DNA of 64,000 nucleotides from Hormiphora californensis (taxonomy: Eukaryota; Animalia; Ctenophora), in NCBI GenBank assembly GCA_020137815.1, contig CM035355.1:8473260-8537259 (forward strand), read 5' to 3'. Positions 37,801 to 49,203 of the stretch are shown here, piece after piece (positions within the stretch are counted from its first letter, which is position 1; each line of letters begins with the position of its first letter). Both the position numbers and the translations under genes were made by a program. The notes beneath the pieces were generated by a model. It was given only the letters and a program-made list of their open reading frames with translations. It was not told the DNA's origin and searched no databases.

Positions 37801-40800
37801 GGGAGAGAACGATGTTAAACTAACATTGTAGGCGCTGGGGTATCTGGGAGAGAACGATGTTAAACTAACATTGTAGGTGCTGGGGTATCTGGGAGAGAAC
37901 GATGTTAAACTAACATTGTAGGTGCTGGGTATCTGGGACAATATAACATTAAAAGTACATACTGGGTGTATAATATTAGGTAACTGAGAGATCAGTATAT
38001 CCTGCATATTTTGGGTCAGGGGAAATATTGAAATAATGGCAACCAAGTCCTAGTTAGTATTTTACCTTTTTCAACAATGGGTCCCCTTGCTCCTGACCCT
38101 GCCACTGGTACAATAGGGGCGGCAGGTAGGGTTGCTGCTTTTAGTTGCTTCCAGAAGTCAGCTGCTGGTCGGACGGGTTTCTCTGAGGTAGGTCTCAATC
38201 CAAACTTTTCACTGAAAAAACAATAACAAATTGTCAAAGTGTTGATGGTCAGGTTCAGCATGGCGACTGCCCTTCCCTGTTCCCACCTCCCCCAAGGGAT
38301 TTACTTATCAAATCTCACCTTGCTCTCACGACAGGTTTTTGTTCTGGAATCTTTTTCTTGATCGTAGTGTTTTGTTCCTGATAATGATATAATAATAATA
38401 ACGATTGGTTACACAGTCATCCTTACAACTCTTGCGCGTAGTGTGCCAAAACGAAGCCTGCACGGCGTAGAGAGGTGACGGCGCCACCAAACGAAATGAT
38501 TGGTTACGGTGCAAAATATATCCTTTCCGGTAAACAAACCGAAATAATACTAATTAGTAATTTCCGAGGATGCTCGCCGCTGGAGGCAAGGAAGGAGAAT
38601 ACAAACAAATTGGAAAACCTCAGTTTCATAAAAACAGATAACCCCTTGTTTGTACCTAGTTTCTTGATTCTAGTACCTTCATCGACAGAATTTTAGCTTC
38701 ATACTTCTTGATTTTCAACTCGTTTTCTCTCATTATAAGTCGCTGGTTTTCCAAAGATTTGAACTCAGGATGGGTCTCGTCACGAACAATGTCTCTCGAC
38801 AGCTTGGCTCTCTGAAAGGCATGAGAAATCAGATAGCTCTGGATTTAATTGGTCGATGATAAAACATACGATAACCCAGATAATTCCTGGTATATGATCC
38901 GAGCAGAAAACTATTAGCTAGTGGATATTTGTTATGTTTTTAAAACAGAGTCTAGCTAGGCAAGTGGTTATTTGGTTTCAAGATGATGGTGTCATGCTAT
39001 TCCTCACTATGAACCGGCGGCGATACTTGTTTTTTTCCCTCAATTTTACTCGTTCTCATTTTTGAACGTGATCAAAGTTTTTCGATTAGATCTTGATTCG
39101 ATCTTTGGGTGACCAAAAAATCTTGATTTGATCTTTTGGTAATCAAAAAATATCGATTCGATTCGATTCGATCTTTGGGCCATCAAAAACTTTCGATTCC
39201 ATCTCTATTCGATCGGGCGATCGAAAAAATATCGATTCGATCTCTAAGCTCAAAATACTACTTTTTTTCGATTCAATTCGATGATATCGCCTTGCGACCA
39301 TCGCCTTGCGACCATTTCTGGTGAAAATGGGCCCATTTACGAACATTAAGGCCAGAGGGGGGGGGGTCCGGGGGTATAAAAAGTCACTTTCGGTATTTGG
39401 TCCGGCTCGAAGAGCCGGACCAGATGACATACTCGGAATCGATTTTACGCGCGCTGTTAGGGAGAAAATTGAGGTTAACTTTTGGCCCAAAATCAATGTT
39501 AACCTCTCTAATTCTTAGAGATCAGGTATTGAAACAATAAAAACTGTTCTAAAAGTAAGGTATCACTAAGGAGAGCATGTGTGAGCAATTTTATGGTGCT
39601 ATACCTGGTAGTTCTTTAAATTTAGAGGTTAACATATTTCACCAAAAAGTAGCCTTTTGGTGAATAACTTGGAACATTTTTACGAATCGCCACTACATTC
39701 AGCTCATAAACGGCTAAGAGTTGGGCCTTGAAATTTGGCAGGCATGATCCTTAGATAATAAACTGTGCTTTGAGTGTAACGATTTTTTATTGGAGCCTCC
39801 GTTCCCAAGATATTGAGGTTAACGTCTAAAAAATATCAGATGTGAAACATGTTAACCTCAATATCTTGGGAACGGAAGCCTCAATCAAAAATCGTTACAC
39901 TCAAAGCACAGTTTATTATCTAAGGATCATGCCTGCCAAATTTCAAGGCCCAACTCTTAGCCGTTTATGAGCTGAATGTAGTGGCGATTTGAAAAGTAAG
40001 GTGTGAAAAAAGACCAAAAAGGTTGTTTTTTGGGCAATAAGTTAACCTCAAATATCCGAACAACTATATGGCTTAGACCTCTGAAACTTTAAACATTTGG
40101 TCTCCTTGATCAGATCTATCGATTGGTACCATTTTTATCTGTGAAGGCGACATAAATACAAGATTTTTGAGGTTAACTTACATTTTCGGTCAAAAGTTAA
40201 CCTCAAAAAACAAGGCTTCCTGATACACTTGGTGCGCAGCTAACCTATCCAAAAGTTTCCTACCACCGAGTTACATCATATATGTGAACCTCAGAAAAGT
40301 ACATTTTTTGACCCTCGGACCCCCCCCCCCCCCCTCTGGCCTTAATGCGCCCATCCTCAAAAATATGTGCGCATTTTCGCTGGAAGAGCCCATAAATGCG
40401 CCCATTTTTGCTAAAAAACAACAGGACACGAAATTTTGAAGCCGCACAACCACACAAATCAGATTCAGCCATGGCCAGCGCTCTGGAGCGAAAATGGGCA
40501 CATTAAATGGGCTCTTCCAGCGAAAATGTGCCCTTTACTAGGGTCCTATGGGTACCTTCTGGTTGGTAATGTGGCGGGTTTGTCCTTCAATGAATGATTC
40601 CATCCAGTCACATCTTGTCCTGAGATCTGCAGCAGCTAGGATTAGAGTCTTCCCGCTGCTGTCCCCACTAATCTCAATGGGATACCTGTCGAGACAATGT
40701 CATGTGATCAATTTACAACTTTCCGCACGAGAAATTAGTGATAAAAATTAAAAGGGGGTAATTTTGGTAAAACAGGGCAGCTGTCAGGGAAGTAATTTGA

Positions 40801-41233
40801 AATTAGAGAATCTAAGCAGAGAGAGAGAGAGAGCGAAGTAGTGAGGTGTACTATGTCTGGGGAGTCAGGGGAGTTTTGTTACCTGGTACCGAACATGGAG
40901 GGTTCAGAGTGAGCTGCTTTGATTGTTAGATTAGGACTAATGAGGGAGATATCTCCAATGGGGTCCGATGAGATTGTCCCTTCCTCTCTAAATACCTGCT
41001 CCTCAGACACTGCCCAGTACTGTAACGGGGTTAAAATCATTGTCCAATATGTTGTATAGACATTCATTATTGTCCATTATATCAATTTGGAGAAGTTTTC
41101 AAATACATACCTGCAGCCTCATAGTTTTCTTGTTCAAAACGAAGAATCTCTTGTTCCATGTTTTGACAGTCGGGTTTTCACTGAAAAACCCAGCTAGCTT
41201 GTAGAGCACTCCAGTTTTTAGTTCACAACTCAT
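34893..41233 (-). CDS. N-terminal PH-domain protein, multi-exon (approx. 41233-41111, 41020-40882, 40685-40556, 38813-38676, 38378-38319, 38211-38065, 36989-36822, 35704-35613, 35323-35213, 35027-34893)
   Basis: MSCELKTGVLYKLAG...KTWNKRFFVL..MRLQ|YW...PIGDISL...YPIEI...KTLILAAADLRTRCDWMESF is a PH domain; most downstream exons join in phase; links 40556-38813 and 36822-35704 not fully resolved. Confidence 0.7.
35726..36626. mobile_element. Intronic non-autonomous fold-back DNA transposon with ~186-bp TIRs
   Basis: 35726-35911 is the reverse complement of 36440-36626 with about two mismatches; flanks give a TA (or ATAT) duplication. Confidence 0.9.
36973..37940 (-). repeat. 45-bp tandem repeat x~21 = intron 3' end + AG + first 17 nt of exon
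   Basis: Minus-strand unit atgttagtttaacatcgttctctcccAG|ataccccagcacctaca; only the last copy continues into the exon (gaggcggcccc...). Confidence 0.9.
39350..40341. mobile_element. Non-autonomous TTAA-specific DNA transposon with GG...CC termini (Kolobok-like)
   Basis: TTAA|ggccagagggggggggg tccg ... cggacccccccccccctctggcc|TTAA; internal ~140-bp inverted repeat 39685-39825/39850-39990. Confidence 0.8.
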
Positions 41234-41353
41234 GATTCTATCATAAAGTTTTGTTAGGAAACTTAATATTAGACATAGACAATACCAAATACTCTGGATA
41301 TGAAATAAAACTGATATACTAAAATATAAAACAGTATCACATTCTAACAACTA

Positions 41354-42940
41354 TTAACCCAGTTTTCTTCCCTGCAATGCTGTCTTGACTTTACCCCACT
41401 TAGACTTCAGTGGGACCCCTGAATCGCCCAGAACTTTCTCAATGTCTATTTCTGCGTTCCTTCTCCCATCACTGTCCTCACTCGAATCAGAATCTTGTTC
41501 AACCTTCCCCGCCAACATCTTCAGTTTTTTATCCGCCTCCTCGCACAACAACTTCAAATCAGCGGGGTTCACTGCACTAGACATCCTCCTACTGAATCCT
41601 GGCTCATTCATCGCATCTAATTTTACCAGCATGTTTTCCTCTTTAAACGTTTCCTCTTTCTGCGTCTTGTATCTCTGGATATCAGAGTAGTTGAGCTCCT
41701 GGTTATGGTATATCAACTTCTCTAAAAACATTCTTCTAAGATGGTAAGAGTCGCACGCCAGGTAGAGAGATCGGAGTCTCCTGGGACGCTCGTGATCTCT
41801 CATTACTGCTTTACACGGGTGTTTCTCCCAGTATGACGGATCCATGAACTTTGCCGCTTGGGGCTCATCGGGGTCATGAAACATGGGTAGAATATCAGGG
41901 ATTGGGGTCTCCTTCACAGACAACAAACCTCCTATCTTATCGTCAGCTCGGTTGGGAGGGGGTTTGTACCGAGGGAAGAGGGAGAGGAGGAGCTGCTCTT
42001 CTAAATTTGCTGGATATTCATCATCCCTGGAATCCGCCTCAAAATTAATTCTCCGAGAATTTCCGAAGCCAAAGAAACCGGAAGTGTAACAAAGTTTTAG
42101 TTCTAGTTTTGCCATTGACGTCATGTCTTTACTGAACTCGTGAGATCCCATTATCGTTCTGTTACTCATTATGTCCTGATGGGGGGTATTATCGTTTTGT
42201 TACTCATTATATCCTGATGGGGGGTATTATCATCCTATTAGTAATAGGCTGTTATTCATAACATCCTGAGAGTCGAGGGGTGCATGGAAATTAATTTGTA
42301 GAACTATCAACAAGTTTGTAACTATTAACTCTAATTTTACAAAGGCCTGCAATACCTTGAGGTGGAAAAGCATGACCCCCATCTGCCGTTTTTCAATACT
42401 GATCCTATTTTCTTTATTTGCTTTGTACATGATCATCTCAATCTTCAAGTTTGTGTTTTTCAGGACCGCCTTGGATACAGGGATATTCACTGGAAAGTGT
42501 TGAACTGCATCAATTAGCACCTAGAAACAGAAATATGACTATAACAGAAACAGGAACCAGGCGCCAGACGGCAGTTTGCTAAGAAAGTGTTAGATATTAG
42601 ATACTGGGTGATCAATCAAATTTTTGTATTCATTCAATATTATTTAAAAGTACTATATATTGCGGACACGACATGCCCAGGGGCCCAGGGGCAATGCAAA
42701 TGTGATAATTTGAACATTTACCTCTTTGTGAGTTAGAAAAGGCATGACATGGGTTCTTTTCACGTATTTCCCTGAGGTCAGTTGAAGATACACGTGATCA
42801 TAAATGCTGCAACTTTCATCGTTGAAACTTGATAGTAGAATAAGTTGTACTAGAATGACACCCTGTACATCTTGCTCTGGAAGAACAGTATCTGCCTCAT
42901 ACCCTTCCTCATTATCTGAATCATAATCATCAGTCTCCAT
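41354..42940 (-). CDS. C2CD6: C2CD6/ALS2CR11 (CatSper tau)-like C2-domain protein, exons ~42940-42722, 42520-42356, 42175-41354
   Basis: C2-like N-terminal region followed by FHLK|DIM...LELKLCYTSGFFGFGNS...SLFPRYKPPPNRAD...PIPDIL, resembling the ALS2CR11 motif (Y/F)GxFG(Y/F)GxS...SxF...PPPxRxD. Confidence 0.65.
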
Positions 42941-43129
42941 CCTAAGTAAGGGATGGATGTGTTAAGGAATGGTCAGTTGGGGATGGACGCTAACAGAGTC
43001 GCGGGCAATCCCCCTCTGGGATGCCAGATGCCTCTTGGATAATTCCAATGGATATATCCAGGAGGGATGCTAGGAATCATTATAGATATTAGACACCGTT
43101 TAGTTTACCCAAATTAGTGATATAGTTGT

Positions 43130-44943
43130 GTGGCCGTTGAAAAAAAAGAGGTTACAATTTACAGCGCTTTTCAACCAAAAAAAGTTAAGTTAAAGCGAAG
43201 TTCAGCTATAAAATACGGAACACGACTGTGCGGGTGTACCATTATCGTGTTGTGTTGGCACACGGAGAATTTTTAAAGTTAAAAAAGTAAAGTTAAAAAG
43301 TGAGCTCGTAAAATAAAGTGATTAAAGTGCGTTTCAAACGACTTGACCTGAGATTCCTGGAAATTCAGGATTTCCCCTTCGTAAATACACGCGCAATAAG
43401 GAACCATAATAAAGTTCAAGAGCGTACCCCATCCAAGAGCGTACCACCTCCAAAAGACACCACTCCAAGAGCGCACCACATCAAAGAGAGCTCCCCATCC
43501 AGAAGATACCGCGCGCAGGGGACACCACGCGCAGAAGAGACCGCACGCGCAAATACAACGCCGCGCTGGTCTCTTCTGCGCGTGGTGTCCCCTGCGCGTG
43601 GTATCTTCTGGATGGGGAGCTCTCTTTGATGTGGTGCGGGGCGCGATTATAATCTGGGTGCCTTGCAGCCTGTTTACAGGTGCGCGCTACCAAAAGAGTA
43701 TACTTAGACCGACTTTTTTCAAACGGCTATAGCCATGGAACCACATGGCCGATTTGAGTAAACTAAACGGTATCAGTTAGAGAATCGATAGCCCTAACCG
43801 ATAACCCCAAACCAAACCCTAACCAGACCCTAACGGATAGCCCTAACCCGTCGCGCGCTCCAAAACTACGAATTGTTAGCAATGAAAGGCACCCAGATTT
43901 TAACGTTTTCCTGTGGTGCGCTCTTGAAGTGGTGTCTTCTGGAGGTGGTGCGCTCTTGGATATGGTCTCTTTTGGGTATGGTGCGCTCTCAGGTGTGGTC
44001 TCTCTTCGATCGGGTACGCTCTTGGGTGCTCTTGGAGGCTCTTGAACTTTATTATGGTTCCTTATGCGCCAAATTCCAAGAATTAAAGTCGGATTTTTTG
44101 AAGTTGTCACCCCAAAATGACCGCGCATGTGAAATTTATCAATTTTGACGCGCACACCACACGTTAACATGTGATGTGACGCGCAAAAACATTCCGCGCA
44201 CGAGAAGTGGGGTGACAACTTCAAAAAATCCGACTTTACGGGTCAAGTCGCTTGAAACGGACTTTAAAGCTCAAGTTTTTTTTAACAAGTTTTGACAAGT
44301 TTTAAAAATGATTCAGGTCGGTGTTACCCGACCCAAGAAAATACAATAATAATTTAATTAATAATTTAAAAACACACTCAAAAAATAAATATAGTTAAAA
44401 AAAGAGGAAATCTGGAGAAGTGGGGAGGGAGATGGGGGAGGGAGAAGGGATCAAGGTATCTGTGTATGGGGGGGGGGGGTGCATAGTGATAGAGTTGGTG
44501 GTAAGTGGAGAAGAGAACAGTGTGATTAAGGGAGTGGGAATGACCGGGTGGAAGGGTGAGAGAGAGAAACACGATGCTAAGAGAGAGGTGAACAGCAGTG
44601 ATGTGGAGAGGGAGCACTTAAACAGGGGGAAAGGAAGAAGGGAATAGAGGTAGGCTCAGTGGACAATAAAAGTACATTGCCGCGCGATTTGAAAACAGTA
44701 GCGCACGGCGAAATAGTAAAATGCGCCGCATGCGCGGCTCAATAATTAACTTTTCAAAACAAAATTCGATTTTTTTTATTTCAACTCCCACATTTTAAGT
44801 TTTTCAAAAATCTCCCATATTCTCCGTGTGCCAACACAACACTTTATAATGGTACACCCGCACAGTCGTGTTCCTTTCTCCTAATTTTGTTGTTAACTTT
44901 AAAATCCGGGTCAGGGGGCGTGAGGGCGCGCGTTTTCCACGGC
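43130..44943. mobile_element. Large nested fold-back composite
   Basis: Inverted pairs 43217-43270/44819-44874, 43323-43348/44241-44267, 43397-43422/44039-44063; internal hairpins 43472-43638 and 44085-44237. Confidence 0.75.
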
Positions 44944-45031
44944 TTCTAACCCTTTAGGCCCTAGAATCTAGGGGCCTGCAGCGTAGGCCAATCGCTCACA
45001 CTGAGCTTGTTAAACGTGTTGTTTACGTGTT

Positions 45032-45791
45032 TAGGGATCCCTGAAAAAGTTCAGTATTTACACAGCGGACTGTGTGCTACAAAATTAAGTAAATTTTCCA
45101 AAACTTGGTATCGAAGATACGTCACACTCAGGTCGCTTCATGCCCTTAGGCCTTAGGGTAGTGGTTCGCACACCGGCAGGGAGGGGTACCGGACAGAAAC
45201 TCGAACGGACGATAACTCGAACTCAAACTCGAAAATTTCTGACTCACTTTTTAAAATCTCGAATTTAGGTGAGTTATAGTCCGGATCTGGTGACTTTCTG
45301 TCCGCCCCATTATTTAGGGTGAGTTAGAGTCCAGCTGGAAATTAACTCACCTCTCATGGAAACTCGAGAATTCGGCCGATAGGCCGGATACGAGAGTCAC
45401 TGGTTTATATTCGTCTTAGTAGTGTTAGGGTTGTTGTTTGTGTTCAATGTTAGGGTTGTATTAGGGTTGGGTTGGGTTTTACGGAAAAATCCAGGTGAGT
45501 TTGAAATTCGACATTTTGTCCTAGCTATCGACATTTTGTCCTAGCAAAAAGTCGAAAAAAATGCGGACAGAAAGTCACCAGAAAAAAAAGTCGACGCCAA
45601 TTTTCGGACAATAACTCACTTTCGAGTTACTGTCCAGGTGAGTTACAGTCCTAACGCCCAAGGGAGGGATAACTTCGTTACCAAGTCGTTACACAGTCGT
45701 TACACCCACAGTGGACCACGGGCGTTCTAGGTGGTGCAGGTAAAGTCTATGTAAACGCTGTGTAAATATTGAACTCTTTTAGGGACCCCTA
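45032..45791. mobile_element. MITE with ~36-bp TIRs containing a second MITE (~45183-45659)
   Basis: tagggatccctgaaaaagttcagtatttacacagcg ... cgctgtgtaaatattgaactcttttagggaccccta; inner element has ggac.g.aactc / gagttac.gtcc repeats, with a related fragment at 49580-49630. Confidence 0.7.
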
Positions 45792-46075
45792 TTAGAAGAG
45801 GTGAGAAAAATTACTAAGACCTTGAAATGATTTAATTTATTGGCATATGCCAATAGTCACATCTTAAAATTCCAATATCATCGAAGATAACTCTCCAAAT
45901 ATTTGAACTATAGTTTGTGTTGTCGTGTTGACGTTACATAATGCATATCCATAGTTTTTGGGTGAGGAAACACAGTGCCATGGATACATAGCACAATTAT
46001 TCGTGTTTATTTAAGGGACAGCGGGGCTTTTTTACCTTATTCGAAACGAAGATATCTCCGGTTCCTGATAAGGGA

Positions 46076-46290
46076 CCAGTTACAAAATTGGTAACTGATG
46101 TCGGTTTCCAGGTCTCGTTTTTCTTTAGCAATACTGACACTACGTGCTGCGTCTACTTTCAATGCAATTCACATCGAAATTCAATCATGTGATCGTAGAT
46201 TTTGTGTGCAGCGTGGTTCACCAGGAGTGTCCCAGCTGCAGAAACTGGCTTCGGTTTCCAAACTGATGTCAGTTTCCAATTTGTAACTGG
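46076..46290. mobile_element. Small MITE-like element
   Basis: ccagttacaaaattggtaactga ... tcagtttccaatttgtaactgg inverted ends. Confidence 0.5.
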
Positions 46291-46452
46291 AGCGTAAGAC
46301 TTGTATCAAGGTATAATGTCTTATCTTTATCTCATGCATCATTGCATCTTGACGTAACTTGGAAGATACTTGGAAGATGTTCGGTAACTTCACTCTACCG
46401 ATTAGGGTTAGGGAAATGGGAAGTATAACAGAGAGGAAGAAAGGATGACAGT

Positions 46453-48524
46453 ATGAGTATCACGCCCTCCCCTTCAATATTAAACCTCCAGTCACTCGAC
46501 ACGGCTGCAGACGATGTGTCCCAGTATTATTGTGTTAAAGGTGTTCTGCTTTGCTTTCTCTGGTACATTTCTTCAGCGGCAAATGGAATCATGTTGAAAA
46601 AGTAAGCACACAGCTGGATATAGAGAGTTAACTCTTCATTTACTAATTCACCTGTTGTAACAATGGTAACTTGGTACCACCTGCTGGTGGCACAATCACA
46701 CTTTCCTCCCACAGGTGTTTGGCGCTGTTCCCATTTCCTCTCACGTTAACAGTGGTACAGTTTTTTGGGTGTGCTGCCCTCACCTTCCCCCTACTAAAAT
46801 ATCAGCGAGTTAGAGGGGCATTCTCTCTGAGCAAAGGTAATCTATCTGATTACTTGTTGAGTATGGGATTACTTACTCAACAACTGATTACTTGAGTTTA
46901 ATGTGGATTGGGTGATGTCGAGAGCATTCAACAAAAGCAGCACATGCACCCCTCAATACAACTCTTCTATCTATCTTCTATGACTGAATTGACACGTTCA
47001 GTGATTTATTTCTCAATTTCAAAAGTTTCCCACACGTGGTAGTTTACCAAGCTGCCTTACTAATGCCTCCCCCCTCTACAGGATTATTTATGACGGGTAT
47101 TCTACCACTAAGCGGAGGAAAAGTAGCTGCAGTATTCTTTGCAACACTCAGCATAGCAAATATTCCTCTCTCCTATTCCAATACCATAAAAGTAAGTGTG
47201 AGTGTATGTGTGGAGAGAGACAGAGACAGAGACAGAGACAGAGACAGAGACAGAGACAGAGACAGAGACAGAGACAGAGACAGAGACAGAGACAGCGACA
47301 GAGACAGAGACAGAGACAGAGACAGAGACAGAGACAGAGACAGAGACAGAGACAGAGACAGAGACAGAGACAGAGACAGAGACAGAGACAGAGACAGATC
47401 GAGCTATTATAGCGCATGTTTCAATGTGTATTTCAAATTAACATAGCAAAAAGGAACTAACACGTCTCACCCTATCAGGCTTCACTACCGTTATTCTCTG
47501 TAATCTTCTCAAAGATAATTCTCGGACAATCTCACAGTCCCATGGTAAGACACGATGGAAGGAGGTTATCATACCTCGCCTAGAGCGACCCGAAACACAC
47601 TAACTAAGTGAATCCTACTAATTTACTGACTCCCCCCCCCCCCCCCAGATATACTGCTCTCTCCTATTGATTATATTCGGGGTTATTATATGTTCATTTA
47701 CTGAGGTCCTATTTAACTTGGCGGGATTGCTCTCTGCAATTGTTGGAACAATGGCTACTGCTTTACTGTCTGTATACGCCAAGAAGGTATCTCGGATCAA
47801 TTCCAGCTTTACCAATACCTACCATTGTTTTGTCTTGGATCAATTCCACCTTTACTAATACTTACTATTGTTTTGTCTTGGATCAATTCTAATTTCACTA
47901 TTGTATCGCCTCAGAAAACCCTCTTTGATTCTCTCTCTAAACCACCCCTTCCCCAGGCCATGTCAGACCACAATATGCACTATCTGAAAATGCTATACTT
48001 TGTGTCGATCACATCTCTTTTCCTAACCCTTCCCTTCCTCATTTTGCTGGATGGAACTAACCTACTAAACTACGATTATGTAAGTTGGGAGATATAATAC
48101 ACTTTATTTGATTTAGTACCATTATATCGTTGTCTATCTTGGTAATAATACACTGTTATATCAGTATGAAGTACTTGAATAATATTGCCTCGTTCAACCC
48201 TCTCCCGATATATGGAAGGCGATATATTTTATTATCAATTTCCTCACCCCCTCAGAGTGCAATAGGAGATCCTGTTGCTGAAATATTTCCACTAATTTCG
48301 GGTATTGCCCTTACCAACTTCACACAAAATGTCGCTGCGTTCGGGTTTCTATCCCTCGTAAATCCAGTCAGGTAAGATAATGGGGTGTATTATGTATGGC
48401 CCTTTATTGGGTATTACATTGTGTTTTAATATCCATGTTATGCGGGTATTTTTAGATGCAATGTTTGTTTGTTCAACACTTCCAACTCATTTGTTGCTAG
48501 TGGTAACAAGATCACGATCTCTTC

Positions 48525-48597
<73 letters not shown>

Positions 48598-48749
48598 TCT
48601 AATTCATTATCTGCAGCTATTCTGTGGCGAACTGTATGAAAAGAGTGTTCACTATAGCGGCGTCTCTGGTCATCCTACGAAATCCAGTTTCCATCCTGAA
48701 TGTACTGGGAATGACAACTGCCCTAAGCGGAGTAGCACTCTATAACAAG
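46453..48749 (+). CDS. SLC35E1: SLC35E1-like nucleotide-sugar/triose-phosphate transporter family protein, 8+ exons; last exon not identified
   Basis: [19 protein letters not shown]|[16 protein letters not shown]...[10 protein letters not shown]|[14 protein letters not shown]...[16 protein letters not shown]|[25 protein letters not shown]...GVALYNK. Confidence 0.85.
47217..47397. repeat. (GAGACA)n intronic microsatellite
   Basis: About 30 copies. Confidence 0.95.
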
Positions 48750-49145
48750 GTATGGACCACATTGTGGCATGTTTGTTGGTCGTGTGAGAGACGAGAGTGC
48801 TAATATGGCTCTGTATTCGTATGTATGGTCCATCTTCTACATACATGCACCATCTATACCAACAATGGTCCACACAGCTGCCCTGGCCAGTACGAATTGG
48901 AACTTACAAATAGAAACTATTTAGAACAACTGCTAGGTACTTGTCCCTATTATAATTACGCCTTTAGTTCAGTCTATATATATCTAGTTCAATTGCCTAC
49001 ATGACAAATGTAAAGGAGGGTTAGAACATAACAAATAGGTTCCATATATATCATGGGGGTGGTGGGGGGCCTCCATATCGCGACATGTTATTAGGAGGTA
49101 CGTTCCAATTTCATATGTCCTTCATACGCAGTCTCTATCTCTCGC

Positions 49146-49203
<58 letters not shown>

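Noticed and set aside
41354-41360. C2CD6-like and PH ORFs as one spliced gene
   Set aside because: The only nearby GT donor joins the acceptor at 41238-41239 out of frame, giving an immediate stop.
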